A stretch of 64,000 bases of DNA from Octopus sinensis. Taxonomy: Eukaryota. Shown here piece after piece: positions 50,048 through 61,841 of this stretch. The position numbers and the translations under genes were made by a program. Within the stretch, counting starts at the first letter, position 1, and each line of letters starts with the position of its first letter. The stretch spans positions 39,556,001 to 39,620,000 of the forward strand of contig NC_043014.1 of NCBI RefSeq assembly GCF_006345805.1, given 5' to 3'. The notes under the pieces are model-generated. The model saw only the letters and a list, made by a program, of their open reading frames with translations, was not told the DNA's origin and did not search any database.

Positions 50048-50357
50048 AAGGAAATGAAGAAAATGCTGACAAAATAATTTAAGTAATTTAAGTAATTAAT
50101 TAGGTGAAAGTTTTTTTTACCGGTTGCGCATTTGTTATGCTTATCAAAAGATATTTTTTAAGAGAGATTAGAGTTCCTTTCTGATAGATTTTTTCCTCTT
50201 ATCTGATAAGAGGAAAAAATCTATCAGAAAGGAACTCTAATCCTCTTAAAAAAATATCTTTTGATAAGCATAACAAATGCGGAACCGGCAAAAAAAACTT
50301 TCACCTAATTAAATTACTTAAATTACTTAAATTATTTTGTCAGCATTTTCTTCATTT

Positions 50358-50361
<4 letters not shown>
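50048..50361. repeat. 314-bp near-perfect palindrome centred on 50204, between (TA)n tracts
   Basis: Arms of 156 and 157 bp, centre CCTCTTATC-T-GATAAGAGG; each arm has a decayed hammerhead-like motif. Confidence 0.95.
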
Positions 50362-50400
<39 letters not shown>

Positions 50401-50495
50401 ATCCAAACATGAAAACACAAAGAGAAAACACAACAACGCCAGGTCGTGGAACAAGTATAGTGTTATTGGACGCTCAGGAAAGGAAAGAAAGGAGG

Positions 50496-50531
50496 ATTTA
50501 ACGTTTCGAACGGAGCTCTTCGTCAGAAACA
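50496..50531 (-). ncRNA. Minimal type I hammerhead ribozyme motif in a (TA)n-adjacent element (50395-50600)
   Basis: TGTTT-CTGACGA-A-GAGC-TCC-GTTC-GAAA-CG-TT-AAAT. Confidence 0.7.
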
Positions 50532-50730
50532 GGAAAAGGAAAGATCCAAGGAAGAGAAGACGGAGGAAAAAAATCGCCAACGGTACACACGCTGTCACAT
50601 TTTATATATGCATTATGTATATGCATATACATACGTCTGTTTACACAGAGTGGAAACTTAAAGTTGTAGACATTTATTGTATAGCACCTCGTAACACCAT
50701 AATAATATACTGTTAATGTACCAATAATTT

Positions 50731-52047
50731 TTCGCAAATATGCGCTGGCTGAGGCTAAGACATCTCTGGCGCTACTTTGATGGTGAACAGGTGTGGTCAC
50801 CGCATGCTAAGCTCCTTTTCACACAATGCTAAGCTCCTTTTCACACATGGATCAAGCGGAGACCTAGAATGGGAGAATGGCAGAGGGAGTGCAGACAAGC
50901 ACTCACTCTGTTCTCCTGGGCGAGCAGTACCGGCAGCGAGGCTACCCCTGCGGATTTTTATAACGGGTTGGTAGAGTATGAGTCCGACCACGTCCTGGGT
51001 GAGGCTCTAGGCTTCGATGAGGAACAACTAACCAGTCTATTCGGAAGGACATTCTGGCCGAGATATCTGGGTAACTTCCAGAAATCCCTGGCTTGGTTGT
51101 GCTACCGATCGGCCTTGCCGGTTCGAGAGAGGTTGTCGAGATACGGGTTTGACACCTCCCCCATACGCCCGAGATGCGGACGCGTCAGTGAAACTGTCGC
51201 GCACGCCTTTGTACATTGTGAGGAGCTGAGGGAATTGATAACCTATGTCAACAACTGATGTCAGATGCGGAAAGAGTACGGCTCTCGACTGGGTCCATAA
51301 TAAAGGTCGTACCGCCTTCCTTCTTTAATAAGGAAAGGAAGGCATCTTTTTTCTGCGTAGTTGCCATACTGAAAGACACAGTGTGGATGACGCGTGCAAG
51401 AGGAATTGAAACAGGCAACTTCATATCCGGACACGGGTTGATAAGTTATTTTAACTACCACCTGATAAGAAAGATACGTCTGGAGAAAAGGTGCCTGCCT
51501 CAAAATTTGTTCGAGAAAAGATGGATAACTGTTGTAAGGAAGCTGAGAGTGAATGGGGCCGTGCTAGTGTAGCCGGTCAAGACGAAAGAGAAGGAAAAAA
51601 AGGAACGAAAACCAATGGGGGAAAAAAAAGGAAAAAACCGGCGGATTAAATAAAAACCCAAGAACTCCATTTTAATCATTTAATTTTTATTCTCATTTTA
51701 ATTTCCGATTTATTATATCGACGAAGGACAATGATCCTGAAACACGCGTGTCTCTAGATGCAGCCCCGGCGGCTGGGGGTGTTTGTCTCCCCTTCGTAAA
51801 TGTATATAAGGACACAGGAAAAATGTGTCAAAGCCATCAGGAGGCGTCGATGCTTCCTAGGGCTAAACAGCGATGGTGTACCCCCCTACTGTCACGTTCA
51901 TGTTAGATTGACAGTAGACAACCATTATATCGATTTAATCAATTTTATTATCATGATTGTAACTCCAGCCCTGTGTAAAGACTGACCTTGTGCTGTCCCT
52001 TGTTCTATCCACTCTATGTGTGCCCCTATAAGCAAATAAATAAATTC
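50731..52047 (+). mobile_element. 5'-truncated Tx1-clade element (second subfamily): ORF2 C-terminus and 3' UTR
   Basis: LRLRHLWRYFDGEQVWS, NFQKSLAWLCYRSALPVR, PRCGRVSETVAHAFVHC align by eye with the 16200-17064 protein; stop at 51572; ends GTCCCTTG...GCCCCTATAAGCAAATAAATAAAT. Confidence 0.88.
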
Positions 52048-52476
52048 TGTTGGTTTCAGACCTACCAAAGTCTAACCACTGACCACATTACAGCGACCTC
52101 CAGCTTCGTCGCCACCATCATGTCTCTCACCAACGTCGTCAACAACATCTCTACACCGCACCGACAACACTGCACAGGTTCTAACATATCGCTGTTCGTG
52201 AATTTCCTCACCAGGGTTAACAGCGAACATACAACCCACGCAGATGCATGTAGATATATGAATAAATGTCCATCGACCATTTCCATTCACCATTCAGCTT
52301 GTGTATATATATGTGTAACCGGCAATTAAGACATTTAAAGATACCACCTTGTTCCATGTATTTCTTTATACCGTATTCCTGTCAAATGATATTACAGCCT
52401 TCTGAGTAGAATCACGTTAGATAGAATACAACCTATTCATCTAAACAACAATTTAATGCAAAGTTGTTTTTATATA

Positions 52477-52537
<61 letters not shown>

Positions 52538-52716
52538 ACACACACACGTATGTTCATATGCTTTGTGTGGTAAGAAGTTTACTTCCCAGCTATATGTTTC
52601 CGAGTTCAGTCCTATTGCGTGGCACCTTGGGCAAGTTTCTTCTACTAAAGCCTCGGGCCCACCAAAGCCTTGTGAGTAGATTTAGTAGACAAAAACTGAA
52701 AGAAGCCCATCGTATG

Positions 52717-52787
<71 letters not shown>

Positions 52788-53088
52788 ATATGTATGTATG
52801 TATATAAATATATATATATTTGTATATGTTTGTATGTATATAAATAAATATATATATGTAAACAAAGTTTGCTTTTTTGTTTTTTAGAAGCGTTGAGATA
52901 TATTGAAATATACAGATATGGAAATATTTTAATCTCAAATGCATAATAATATTGCTGAGTAGCAAAAATGGAATAGAACATCTTTATTTTGTAGAAAAAT
53001 TTGTTAGAGGACTATTTATGCTATTCAGCATTGTTATTATGCGTTTGAGAATAAAATATTTCCATATCTGTGTGTGTGTGTGTATATA

Positions 53089-53153
<65 letters not shown>

Positions 53154-53269
53154 GAGAGACAGAGACAGTGAGAAGTGTGATGCAGATAAACACGATTAGG
53201 CTTGAGAGATGCCCCAAAAGTTGTCCATATTAATTGTAATCTATAAGTAGAAGTCGACCGAGCAAAGGG

Positions 53270-53475
53270 TACCGGGCGAAATGCTTAGCGGTATTTCGTC
53301 TGTCGTTACGTTGTGAGTTCAAATTCCGCCGAGGTCGACTTTGCCTTTCATCCTTTCGGGGGTCGATAAATTAAGTACCAGTTACGCACTGGGATCGATG
53401 TAATCGACTTAATACCTATGTCTGTCCTTGTTTGTCCCCTCTGTGTTTAGCCCCTTGTGGATAATAAAGAAATAG
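53270..53475 (+). mobile_element. SINE-B, head-truncated
   Basis: Family match; ends AAAGAAATAGGTATAC. Confidence 0.88.
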
Positions 53476-55064
53476 GTATACAGACGATAGGTGAGAGCTA
53501 GTATAGAGCTCAGTATAGAAAATACGTTGTAGTGCCCGAATAGTTTATCTAGGATTAGGTCCACGGCATCGAGAGATATCCAGCCGAGTTGATAGTGTAA
53601 TCCAGTAGTTCCCAAAGTGTGCGTCGCAAGATGTAATTAGGTGCGCCTCGGAAAAGTAAGAAGATATATATCAAAATATGCAAAATACAAACAGGAATTC
53701 ACTAGAAAATTCGTATATAAATAACAAAGTGGCAAAAAATAAAATACTTAGTTCCAGTGGCGGCTCGTGTATAGGCACTGCGGAAATACGGCACCCCTTA
53801 TTTCCACTCGATATTATCTTTAACATTCAATATAATGAGTCCTTTTTTTCTTTAATTCTTTCTTTATACTTGTACATTATATAAGCCTTAAGCTTGATGT
53901 CAGTAGCCATCCCCTAGTTTATGAAAAAATACAAAAATCCTTGTATAGAACTGTGCGCTTCACAGCTCCAGCTCCAGCGACGCGGTGTTTGGCTGTTGTG
54001 TGCATGTTCACATGTTCGAGATAGGAAGCTGCACGCTAGGAAGAGAGAGCACTGTCGTTCACGAAGAGCAACCCTGGTGAGCCAGGTGAAAGTAGTGTTT
54101 AATTTTGACTCCGCATTGGTTGTACTTAAAAACGTGTTTATATTCTTGAATGTGATACAGTGTAGAATTAGATTATTGTCCTGCTTCCAGCTTCAGTGTT
54201 GCTGCCAGGGTTTGAAAAATAGGGCAGATTTCACCCCACTTATTTTGTGATTTAGGAAAGGGAATTTTTGAAAAACAAGGAGTAATTCGCGGCGGTGTTC
54301 AGTGAACAAATTAAGCACACTACCCAGCAGTAGCTAAGAGGCGAATCGATCAAGTTTGTGTATAAATTTTCTTTTTATATGTTTGTTTCCTTCTACACAA
54401 TATTAAAACAACGGTTAAGAATTTTCTGAAGCAGCACCCCGACTAATTTTATCTACGAGCCACCACTGCTTAGTTCTAAACTAAGAATGAGAGGTGGTTG
54501 TGTCATTCAATTCATTTAGACTAATTATGGTATGACAGTGTTATTCGATTTTGAATCTGAAATTTTATAAGGATAATAATTAAATTAGCATCAATCTATC
54601 CTCGAAATTGACGTCTTATGGGTATATTCAGTGCACGACTGTTTCAGATTATTTAGGTCATAGCCTCAGCAGTTTTCATTTCAATAATAAGAGTGAAAAA
54701 TAAACCACTGGACTAAAATATACGATGTTGAACTAAATCTTTAAGTACGTCCTCACGTATTGCGTCTGCATTTCAATTTTTTTTCAGTCCACATAGAGGA
54801 GAGAATTTTCATCTTTTCAATTAATTTTGAAGGACTTCTCAAAAGAGTTCTATAATATGTGACACGCTGCCTCTTTTCACAGCCCACTGGCCAGTTTTGT
54901 TTCAGTTTACTTATGTGTGCTCTTTGTGCGATACAATTCATATTAACCGACTAAATTATCCATAAAATGGAAAAGTTTATTAAGAGGAAGCACAACCGTG
55001 ACGATTATGAATCTGAAAGGGCACGTTCGTCAAAAGCAACGAAGCGTAAATATTCTTTTCTACT

Positions 55065-55710
55065 CTAGGCACAAGGCCCGAATTAGGGGGGGGAGCAGGC
55101 AGTTGATTAGATCGACCTCAGTACGCAACTTGTACTTAATTTATCGACCCCGAAAAGATGAAAGGCAAAGTCGACCTCGGCGGAATTTGAACTCAGAACG
55201 TAGCGGCAGACGAAATATCTATTTCTATTCCTTTACTACCCACAAGGGGCTAAACACAGAGAGGACAAACAAGGACAGACAAATGGATTAAGTCGATTAT
55301 ATTGACCCCAGTGCGTAACTGGTACTTAATTTATCGATCCCGAAAAGATGAAAGGCAAAGTCGACCTCGGCGGAATTTGAACTCAGAACACGAAGACAGA
55401 CGAAATACCTATTTCTATTCCTTTACTACCCACAAGGGGCTAAACACAGAGAGGACAAACAAGGACAGACAAATGGATTAAGTCGATTACATCGACCCCA
55501 GTGCGTAACTGGTACTTAATTTATCGATCCTGAAAGGCAAAATCGACCTCGGCAGAATTTGAACTCAGAACGTAGCGGCAGACGAAATACCTATTTCTTT
55601 ATTACCCACAAGGGGCTAAACACAGAAGGGACAAACAAGGACAGACAAACGGGTTAAGTCGATTACATCGACCCCAGTGCGTAACTGGTACTTAATTTAT
55701 CGACCCCGGA
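55065..55710 (-). mobile_element. SINE-B tandem array of about four units, ends truncated
   Basis: Junctions near 55212, 55402 and 55585, reading GACGAAATA(C/T)CTATTTC on plus. Confidence 0.92.
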
Positions 55711-56296
55711 ACGCAATAATAATAGAAGAAGAATTATTTTGAAATGTACTGCAATTATCATCGTTTATGTCCTGAACTTGCTGAAAAACTAAAATTGTTT
55801 TTATTGTTATTTGTACAGTATTTTTTTTTTTTTTTTTTTTTGTTACTTTTCCCTCACCTCATATTTATTTCTTGTTTGCTTTCGAACGTTTCAAGCGTTA
55901 AGTATGTCAGTACTAACTTCGAAACGGCGTCACGCAATTTTTTAATTATATTATTAATAATCTAGTTTATTTCAACTATACTCTCTTCTTCAAATAATTG
56001 TCAAGGTTCATTGTATATAAAAGCACCATCCTAGCTGTCAATAGTTAATGCGGTTATTTTGTGTTTTTTCAGCAAACCAGATTAAAACACTTTCTTCCAG
56101 TCGTGACGCATACAACACAGCTGATCATTAAATTTCATACACTCTTCGTGGAAATTACTGCTCTTGCCGGCGTATAAGACGCATTCTTATATAAGATGCA
56201 CCTATTAAAAGTATATTTGTGGAGGGGAATTTAATGTTTCATCATACTCTCTCATAGATATTTTAAAGTGGGTTTCTTTAGGGGAAATGTGTGACT

Positions 56297-56533
56297 ACTA
56301 GCGTAACTAGAGTGTATGCCGTCTGGAGTGGCCCATCCGTTTGCCGCCTGGGGTGGTCTTACCGTTTTCCACCTGGCGTGGCCTTACCATTTGCCGCTCC
56401 CGAACCCCCCACCAAAAAAAACACAAATTGCCTACAGCAGACCCAATAGTGGTGCCCTTTTAAAAGTGCCGCTCGGAGCGGACGGCCCCACCCCCCCCCC
56501 CCCCCCCCCAGCAACACCCCAGCTACGCTAGCG
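56297..56533. mobile_element. GC-rich MITE, hAT-like
   Basis: Termini CTAGCGTAACT / AGCTACGCTAG; flanking direct repeat TGTGTGACT (56288-56296, 56534-56542). Confidence 0.55.
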
Positions 56534-56637
56534 TGTGTGACTCTGTCTATGTAAATACAGTGTAAATACAATGATTTGACAGTATATCGGAATAAAGTGT
56601 GAAAGTATAAATTTATCATACATGAGATACATTAGGT

Positions 56638-56964
56638 GGAGGCGCGTGGCTTAGGCGTTAGGGTGTTGAACTCATGATCGTAAGGTTGTGGTTTCGATTC
56701 CTGGACCGAGCGATGCGTTGTGTTCTTGGGCAAAACACTTCATTTTCACGTTGCTCCAGTCCACTCAGCTGGCAAAAACGAGTAATCCTGCGACGGACCG
56801 GCGTCCCGCTGAGAACCACTGATCTAAAGGAAGATAAAATTGAAATACAGTGCTCGTCTAATGTATCTTAAATAAATAAATGTTCCTTCTCGAGCCATGC
56901 CAGGCTCATAAGAGCCGGTTTCCCGGTTTCATGGGGTAGAAATTCCCCCACCTGGACGGGACGC
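56638..56964. mobile_element. SINE-D/E-type copy whose 3' part is inverted
   Basis: Head on plus to 56808; continuation on minus at 56880-56964. Confidence 0.7.
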
Positions 56965-57474
56965 AAGGGAAATTTTATGGTACCTTTCAAAATAAAATTG
57001 CGGTAAATACAGTGAACATAATATAGCATCGGTAACATTTCTTAACCATTCCCCTTGTGGCTTTTTTTATCTTTCTATAGAATATTGCCCTTTTCAAGAC
57101 ACTTAAAAAAGAATCATCCCAAAAAAACTATAAAAAAAGCTCTCTCTTTAATTCATCGGTTCTAAATACTGTATTTGCCGATGCATAAGACGTACTCTCG
57201 CATTAGACAAACCCCTACACTTTTTATGGAAAAAAATGAAATTGATATCTTTCTTTTCTTTTATCTTTTACTTGTTTCCGTCATTTGACTGCGGCCATGC
57301 TGGAGCACCGCCTTTAGTCGAGCAAATCGACCCCGGGGCTTGTTCTTTGTAAGCCCAGTACTTATTCTATCGGTCTCTTTTGGCCGAACCGCTAAGTGAC
57401 GGGGACGTAAACACACCAGCATTGGTTGTCAAGCAATGCTAGGGGGATAAACACAGACACGCAAACACACACGC

Positions 57475-57506
<32 letters not shown>

Positions 57507-57644
57507 ATTAATTAATAAGGGTGAGAGAATTAGATACTAATTTAATAGTATATCTATTCAACACCAAGTGGCCTAGTGCTCCGAGAAACCTGGATTATTA
57601 TAATATTTTATAATATATTATAATATTTTTACAAAATAAATATA

Positions 57645-58100
57645 AGAGAGTGGTCACTATATGGCTCACTCTAGCACCAGTTAATCCAAAAGGTTTCAAC
57701 CACAAAAATACATGTTTCCCATGAAAGTCAGTACGATTGTTAGCTCACACGGACAGGGCAAATAAAAAATAACAAAAATACAGATTATTTTGGGACAATT
57801 GTAATCATTGAACCACACGCGTATTTATCGTTATGGTAAAATCTGGCGTGTGATTGAGTGGATTTCATCCAGATAGTTTTGGCTGACGAGCTACAAGTGG
57901 GTTTTTTTGTAAGTAAAATTACATTAATTCATTAATAGCGAAACAATTGTCCCAAAATAATCTGTATTTTTGTTATTTTTTATTTGCCCTGTCCGTGTGA
58001 GCTAACAATCGTACTGACTTTCATGGGAAACATGTATTTTTGTGGTTGAAACCTTTTGGATTAACTGGTGCTAGAGTGAGCCATATAGTGACCACTCTCT
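57645..58100. repeat. 158-bp perfect inverted repeat with 140-bp spacer in a (TA)n-embedded element
   Basis: Arms 57645-57802 and 57943-58100. Confidence 0.95.
57871..57963 (+). ncRNA. Type I hammerhead ribozyme motif with 42-nt loop II
   Basis: Stem I AGATAGTTTTGG/CCAAAATAATCT (11 of 12 pairs), CTGACGA, stem II GCTA/TAGC, GAAA, stem III with AATT loop, GUC site at 57949-57951. Confidence 0.88.
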
Positions 58101-58109
58101 AATTTATTT

Positions 58110-58166
<57 letters not shown>

Positions 58167-58582
58167 TATATATATATATACGACAGGCTTCTTTCAGTTT
58201 CCGTCTACCAAATCCACTCACAAGGCATTGGTCGGCCCGAGGCTATAGCAGAAGACACTTGCCCAAGATGCCACGCAGTGGGACTGAACCCGGAACCATG
58301 TGGTTGGTTAGCAAGCTACTTACCACACAGCCACTCTTGCGCCGATATGTTTCATCATACACTAATTCACTCAGTATTCCATCTGTAATTCGGTCGCACT
58401 AAACTCACGCCAGTATTTTGTTACATTTAAGGTGGCGAGCTGGCAGAATCGTCTGCACGCCATGCAAAATGTTTAGCGGCGTTTCGTCCGTCTTTACATT
58501 CTAAATTCAAATTCCGCCGAGGTCCACTTTGCCTTTCATCCCTTTCGGGGTCGATTACATCGACCTGCCCTCACCCTCGAAA

Positions 58583-58956
58583 TCTTTATATATAAAAGTG
58601 AAGTTGTGTGTCTGTCTCCTACGATTTAGATTCCTAACTACTCCCACATTTTGCGGTGCAGTTTAACCAAAAGCGGGATCTTATAGTCGTGATTTATATC
58701 GAGCCCTCTGGGGTATTAGCGCGCGTCTACGATGAGTATACGATTTAAAAAAAATTACCATCGTTTTTTTCCATTTTTTAATGCATTTTTTCGCTATTAT
58801 ATAAGGGAAGTAACTCTCTAAAAATGTCTACGATGAGTCAACGATTAAAAAAAAATTTACCATCATTTTTTTGCTATTCTTTTGGCTATAACTCTCTAAA
58901 AGTGCTTATATAGTTATTTCCCTTACAATCCGAGCAACGCCGGGCGATACTGCTAG
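58583..58956 (+). mobile_element. Non-autonomous Helitron
   Basis: 5' TC, 3' CTAG, subterminal hairpin CCGAGCAACGCCGG, inserted between A and T with no TSD, inside a SINE-B2 tail. Confidence 0.88.
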
Positions 58957-59664
58957 TTGAAACTAATATTGTGTTACATTTAAGGCGGTGAGCTAGCTGA
59001 GCCGTTAGCACGCCGAGCAAAGTGCTGAGTGGCAAGTTCAAATTCCGACGAGGTCGACTTTGCTTTTCATCCTTTCTGGGTCGACGATATAAGTACCAGT
59101 TGAGCACTGGAGTCGCTATAATCGACAGAGCCCCTCCCCTTCATTGCTGACCTTGTACCAAAATTTTAAGCCAGCATTTTGTTACATTTAAGAATAAAAA
59201 AATTGCGTCTTATACAACGGCATATACAGTATTCTCGGACCCTTGATCGTTTGTTCTAATATATTGTTACACCTCACATATTACAGTACGAATTAGACAT
59301 ATATTTTGTAGGAGAACTGGGTTTTAGTAACAATGTATACCACTAGAGTTCCCTATTATTAATTAATTATCATCAAATCTAAATATTTGCCAAGATTCTT
59401 TCAGATAATTATCGACAATACTGTGGTTTAAACTAGAAAACAAAAAAAATGAATCGTTATCCTAGAGATATTAAATAAAGGTCATTGACTTTTCCTTTCC
59501 GTTGCACAGCTGTATACAACTGACACTTACCCACTCACACACACACAGACACAGACGCACACATTCTGTAGCGTTAAATAGATGACAATTATGATAGGGT
59601 GCTTGGCAAACGTAGGTTGAAAACAAAAAATAACACAGCTCAGATACCTATTCTTTATTTTTTT

Positions 59665-60080
59665 TATCTCTTTATTTCCCACAAGGGGCTAAACATAGCG
59701 GGGACAAACGAGGACAGACAAACGGATTAAGTCGATTACATCGACCCCAGTGCGTAACTGGTACTTAATTTATCGACCCCGAAAGGATGATAGGCAAAGT
59801 CAACCTCGGCGGAATTTGAACTCAGAACGTAACGGCAGACGAAATACCTATTTCTTTATTGCCCACAAGGGGCTAAACACAGAAAAGACAAACAAGGACA
59901 GACAAACGGATTAAGTCGATTATATCGACCCAGTGCGTAACTGGTACTTAATTTATCGACCCCGAAAGGATGAAAGACAAAGTCAACCTCGGCGGAATTT
60001 GAACTCAGAACGTAACGGCAGACGAAACACTGCTAAGCATTTCGCCCGGCGTGCTAACGTTTCTGCCAGCTCGTCGCCCT
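59665..60080 (-). mobile_element. SINE-B head-unit-unit dimer
   Basis: Junction near 59845; TSD AGATACCTA at 59642-59650 and 60081-60089. Confidence 0.9.
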
Positions 60081-60289
60081 AGATACCTACTCTATTGTTA
60101 TATTTTACTTAATTTTGTTTTCGATATTTCAACTTTGACTTTCATCTTTTGGGGGCCGATAAAACAAATACCAATTGAGCACTTAGTTCGATGTAATATA
60201 CTAACGCCTGACCCCGAAATTGTTGTCCTTGTGCCATAATTGGAAACCAATATATCACTACTTTGTCGATGGTATTATATCTTTTATGA

Positions 60290-60513
60290 AGGCGGCGAGA
60301 TGGCAGAAACGTTAGCACGCCGGGCGAAATGCGTAGCCGTATTTCGTCTGCCGATACGTTTTAAGTTCAAATTCCGCCGAGGTTGACTTTGCTTTTCGGG
60401 GTCGATAAATTAAGTACCAGTTACACACTGGGGTCGATATAATCGACTTAATCCGTTTGTCTGTCCTTGTTTGTCCTCTCTGTGTTTAGCCCCTTGTGGG
60501 TAGTAAAGAAACA
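60290..60513 (+). mobile_element. SINE-B monomer
   Basis: Imperfect 17-bp TSD GGTATTAT..CTTTTAT at 60271-60287 and 60514-60530. Confidence 0.88.
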
Positions 60514-61688
60514 GGTATTATGGCTTTTATTTCTTTTTTTTTTTTACTTGTTTGAATCATTGGATTTCAGCCATGCTGGAGCACCGCCTCTAAGATTGTA
60601 GTCGAACAAATTGATCCCTCTACTTACTGCTTTGTTCATTATTTTATTTTTTGTCCAACCGGTAAGTTACTGGGTCGTAAACAAATCAACACCAGTTGTC
60701 AAACAGAGGGGCCATCTTGAAGGGTTTTAGTTGAAGACATTGACCCCTATTTTTGAAGCCTGATACTTATTCTCTCGGCCTGTCTTGCTCGAACAGCTAA
60801 CTTACCGGGACGTGAACAAACCAATACCGGTTGTCATGTGGTGGCGGTGATACAAACACAGATACAAAAATGCACACATATACACACGCATGCTCCAGTG
60901 TGGCCACAGTCAAATGACTGAATAAAAATAAAAGAATAAAAGAATATATATATACGACAGGCTTCTGCACAACTTCTGTCTACTAACCTACATAGTTAAT
61001 TTTCCCATTAATTTACATATTATAAAATAGTAATGCGTTCAAGAGAATGTTTTTTCGAGAGAGGGAGAAAGCAACAAAAACGAACAACACGATCACTTTT
61101 GTACATAAAACTAACAATTCCTAAACATACACAATACGTGTACGTAAAAATATTTGAAGATAAATACGTGTGGGAATAAATACGAATCGTAAAATCATAA
61201 AAGATTACTTTCTTAACCACAAAGGATGTTGATAACTGTGTGAGGAGTTGTAGTGGGAGTGATACAATGGGATTTACAGGGAAGGTGAAGGACATTGTCT
61301 TTTTTTTTTTACATAGATCATCAGCATTAACTTCTGATTGGGGGTCGAAGAACTCGTCCAAAATTTGTTTGATGTTTAGAGCACATCATCTCTTTGTGCA
61401 GCTCAGTATAGGCACTAAGACCATCGTAAAATTCCTCATGCAATCAGCAAAATCTTGCAGACTCCCTCAATAAGTGCCAACCCTTTTGCCAAGTTAATTG
61501 AAAATTCTTTGTAGTCGATTTGAGGGAATGTCCGTATTCTCATCTGCATATATATATATATATATAATATATATATATATATATAATATATTTATAAAAA
61601 TATTAGGGAATAAATCCAAATTTACAGGGGGGAAAATCAGATTTAGGGTTAAATCCAATTTTATAGTAAAATATTATATAATATTAAT

Positions 61689-61765
61689 TCGAGACAAAAC
61701 CACTATTTTGCAAAAAACAAACAAGGAAAGACTCTAATCATACATAAAATTTTAATATAAAGTAA

Positions 61766-61796
<31 letters not shown>

Positions 61797-61841
61797 GTCT
61801 TTCCTTGTTTGTTTTGCAAAATAGTTTGGGTTTTGTCTCGA
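61689..61841. repeat. Inverted repeat (~45-bp arms) around a (TAAA)n spacer in a (TA)n-embedded element
   Basis: TCGAGACAAAACC...AAGGAAAGACT / AGTCTTTCCTTG...GGTTTTGTCTCGA. Confidence 0.85.

Larger units (their letters stand above)
57167..59231. mobile_element. pogo/Tigger-like MITE expanded by nested insertions
   Basis: TA-bounded TIRs TACTGTATTTGCCGATGCATAAGACG / GCGTCTTATACAACGGCATATACAGTA; a similar TIR-like stretch near 56157. Confidence 0.7.

Noticed and set aside
53950-54090. Possible non-coding first exon ending CTG|GTGAGC
   Set aside because: A single donor-like motif in CpG-rich sequence; insufficient evidence.
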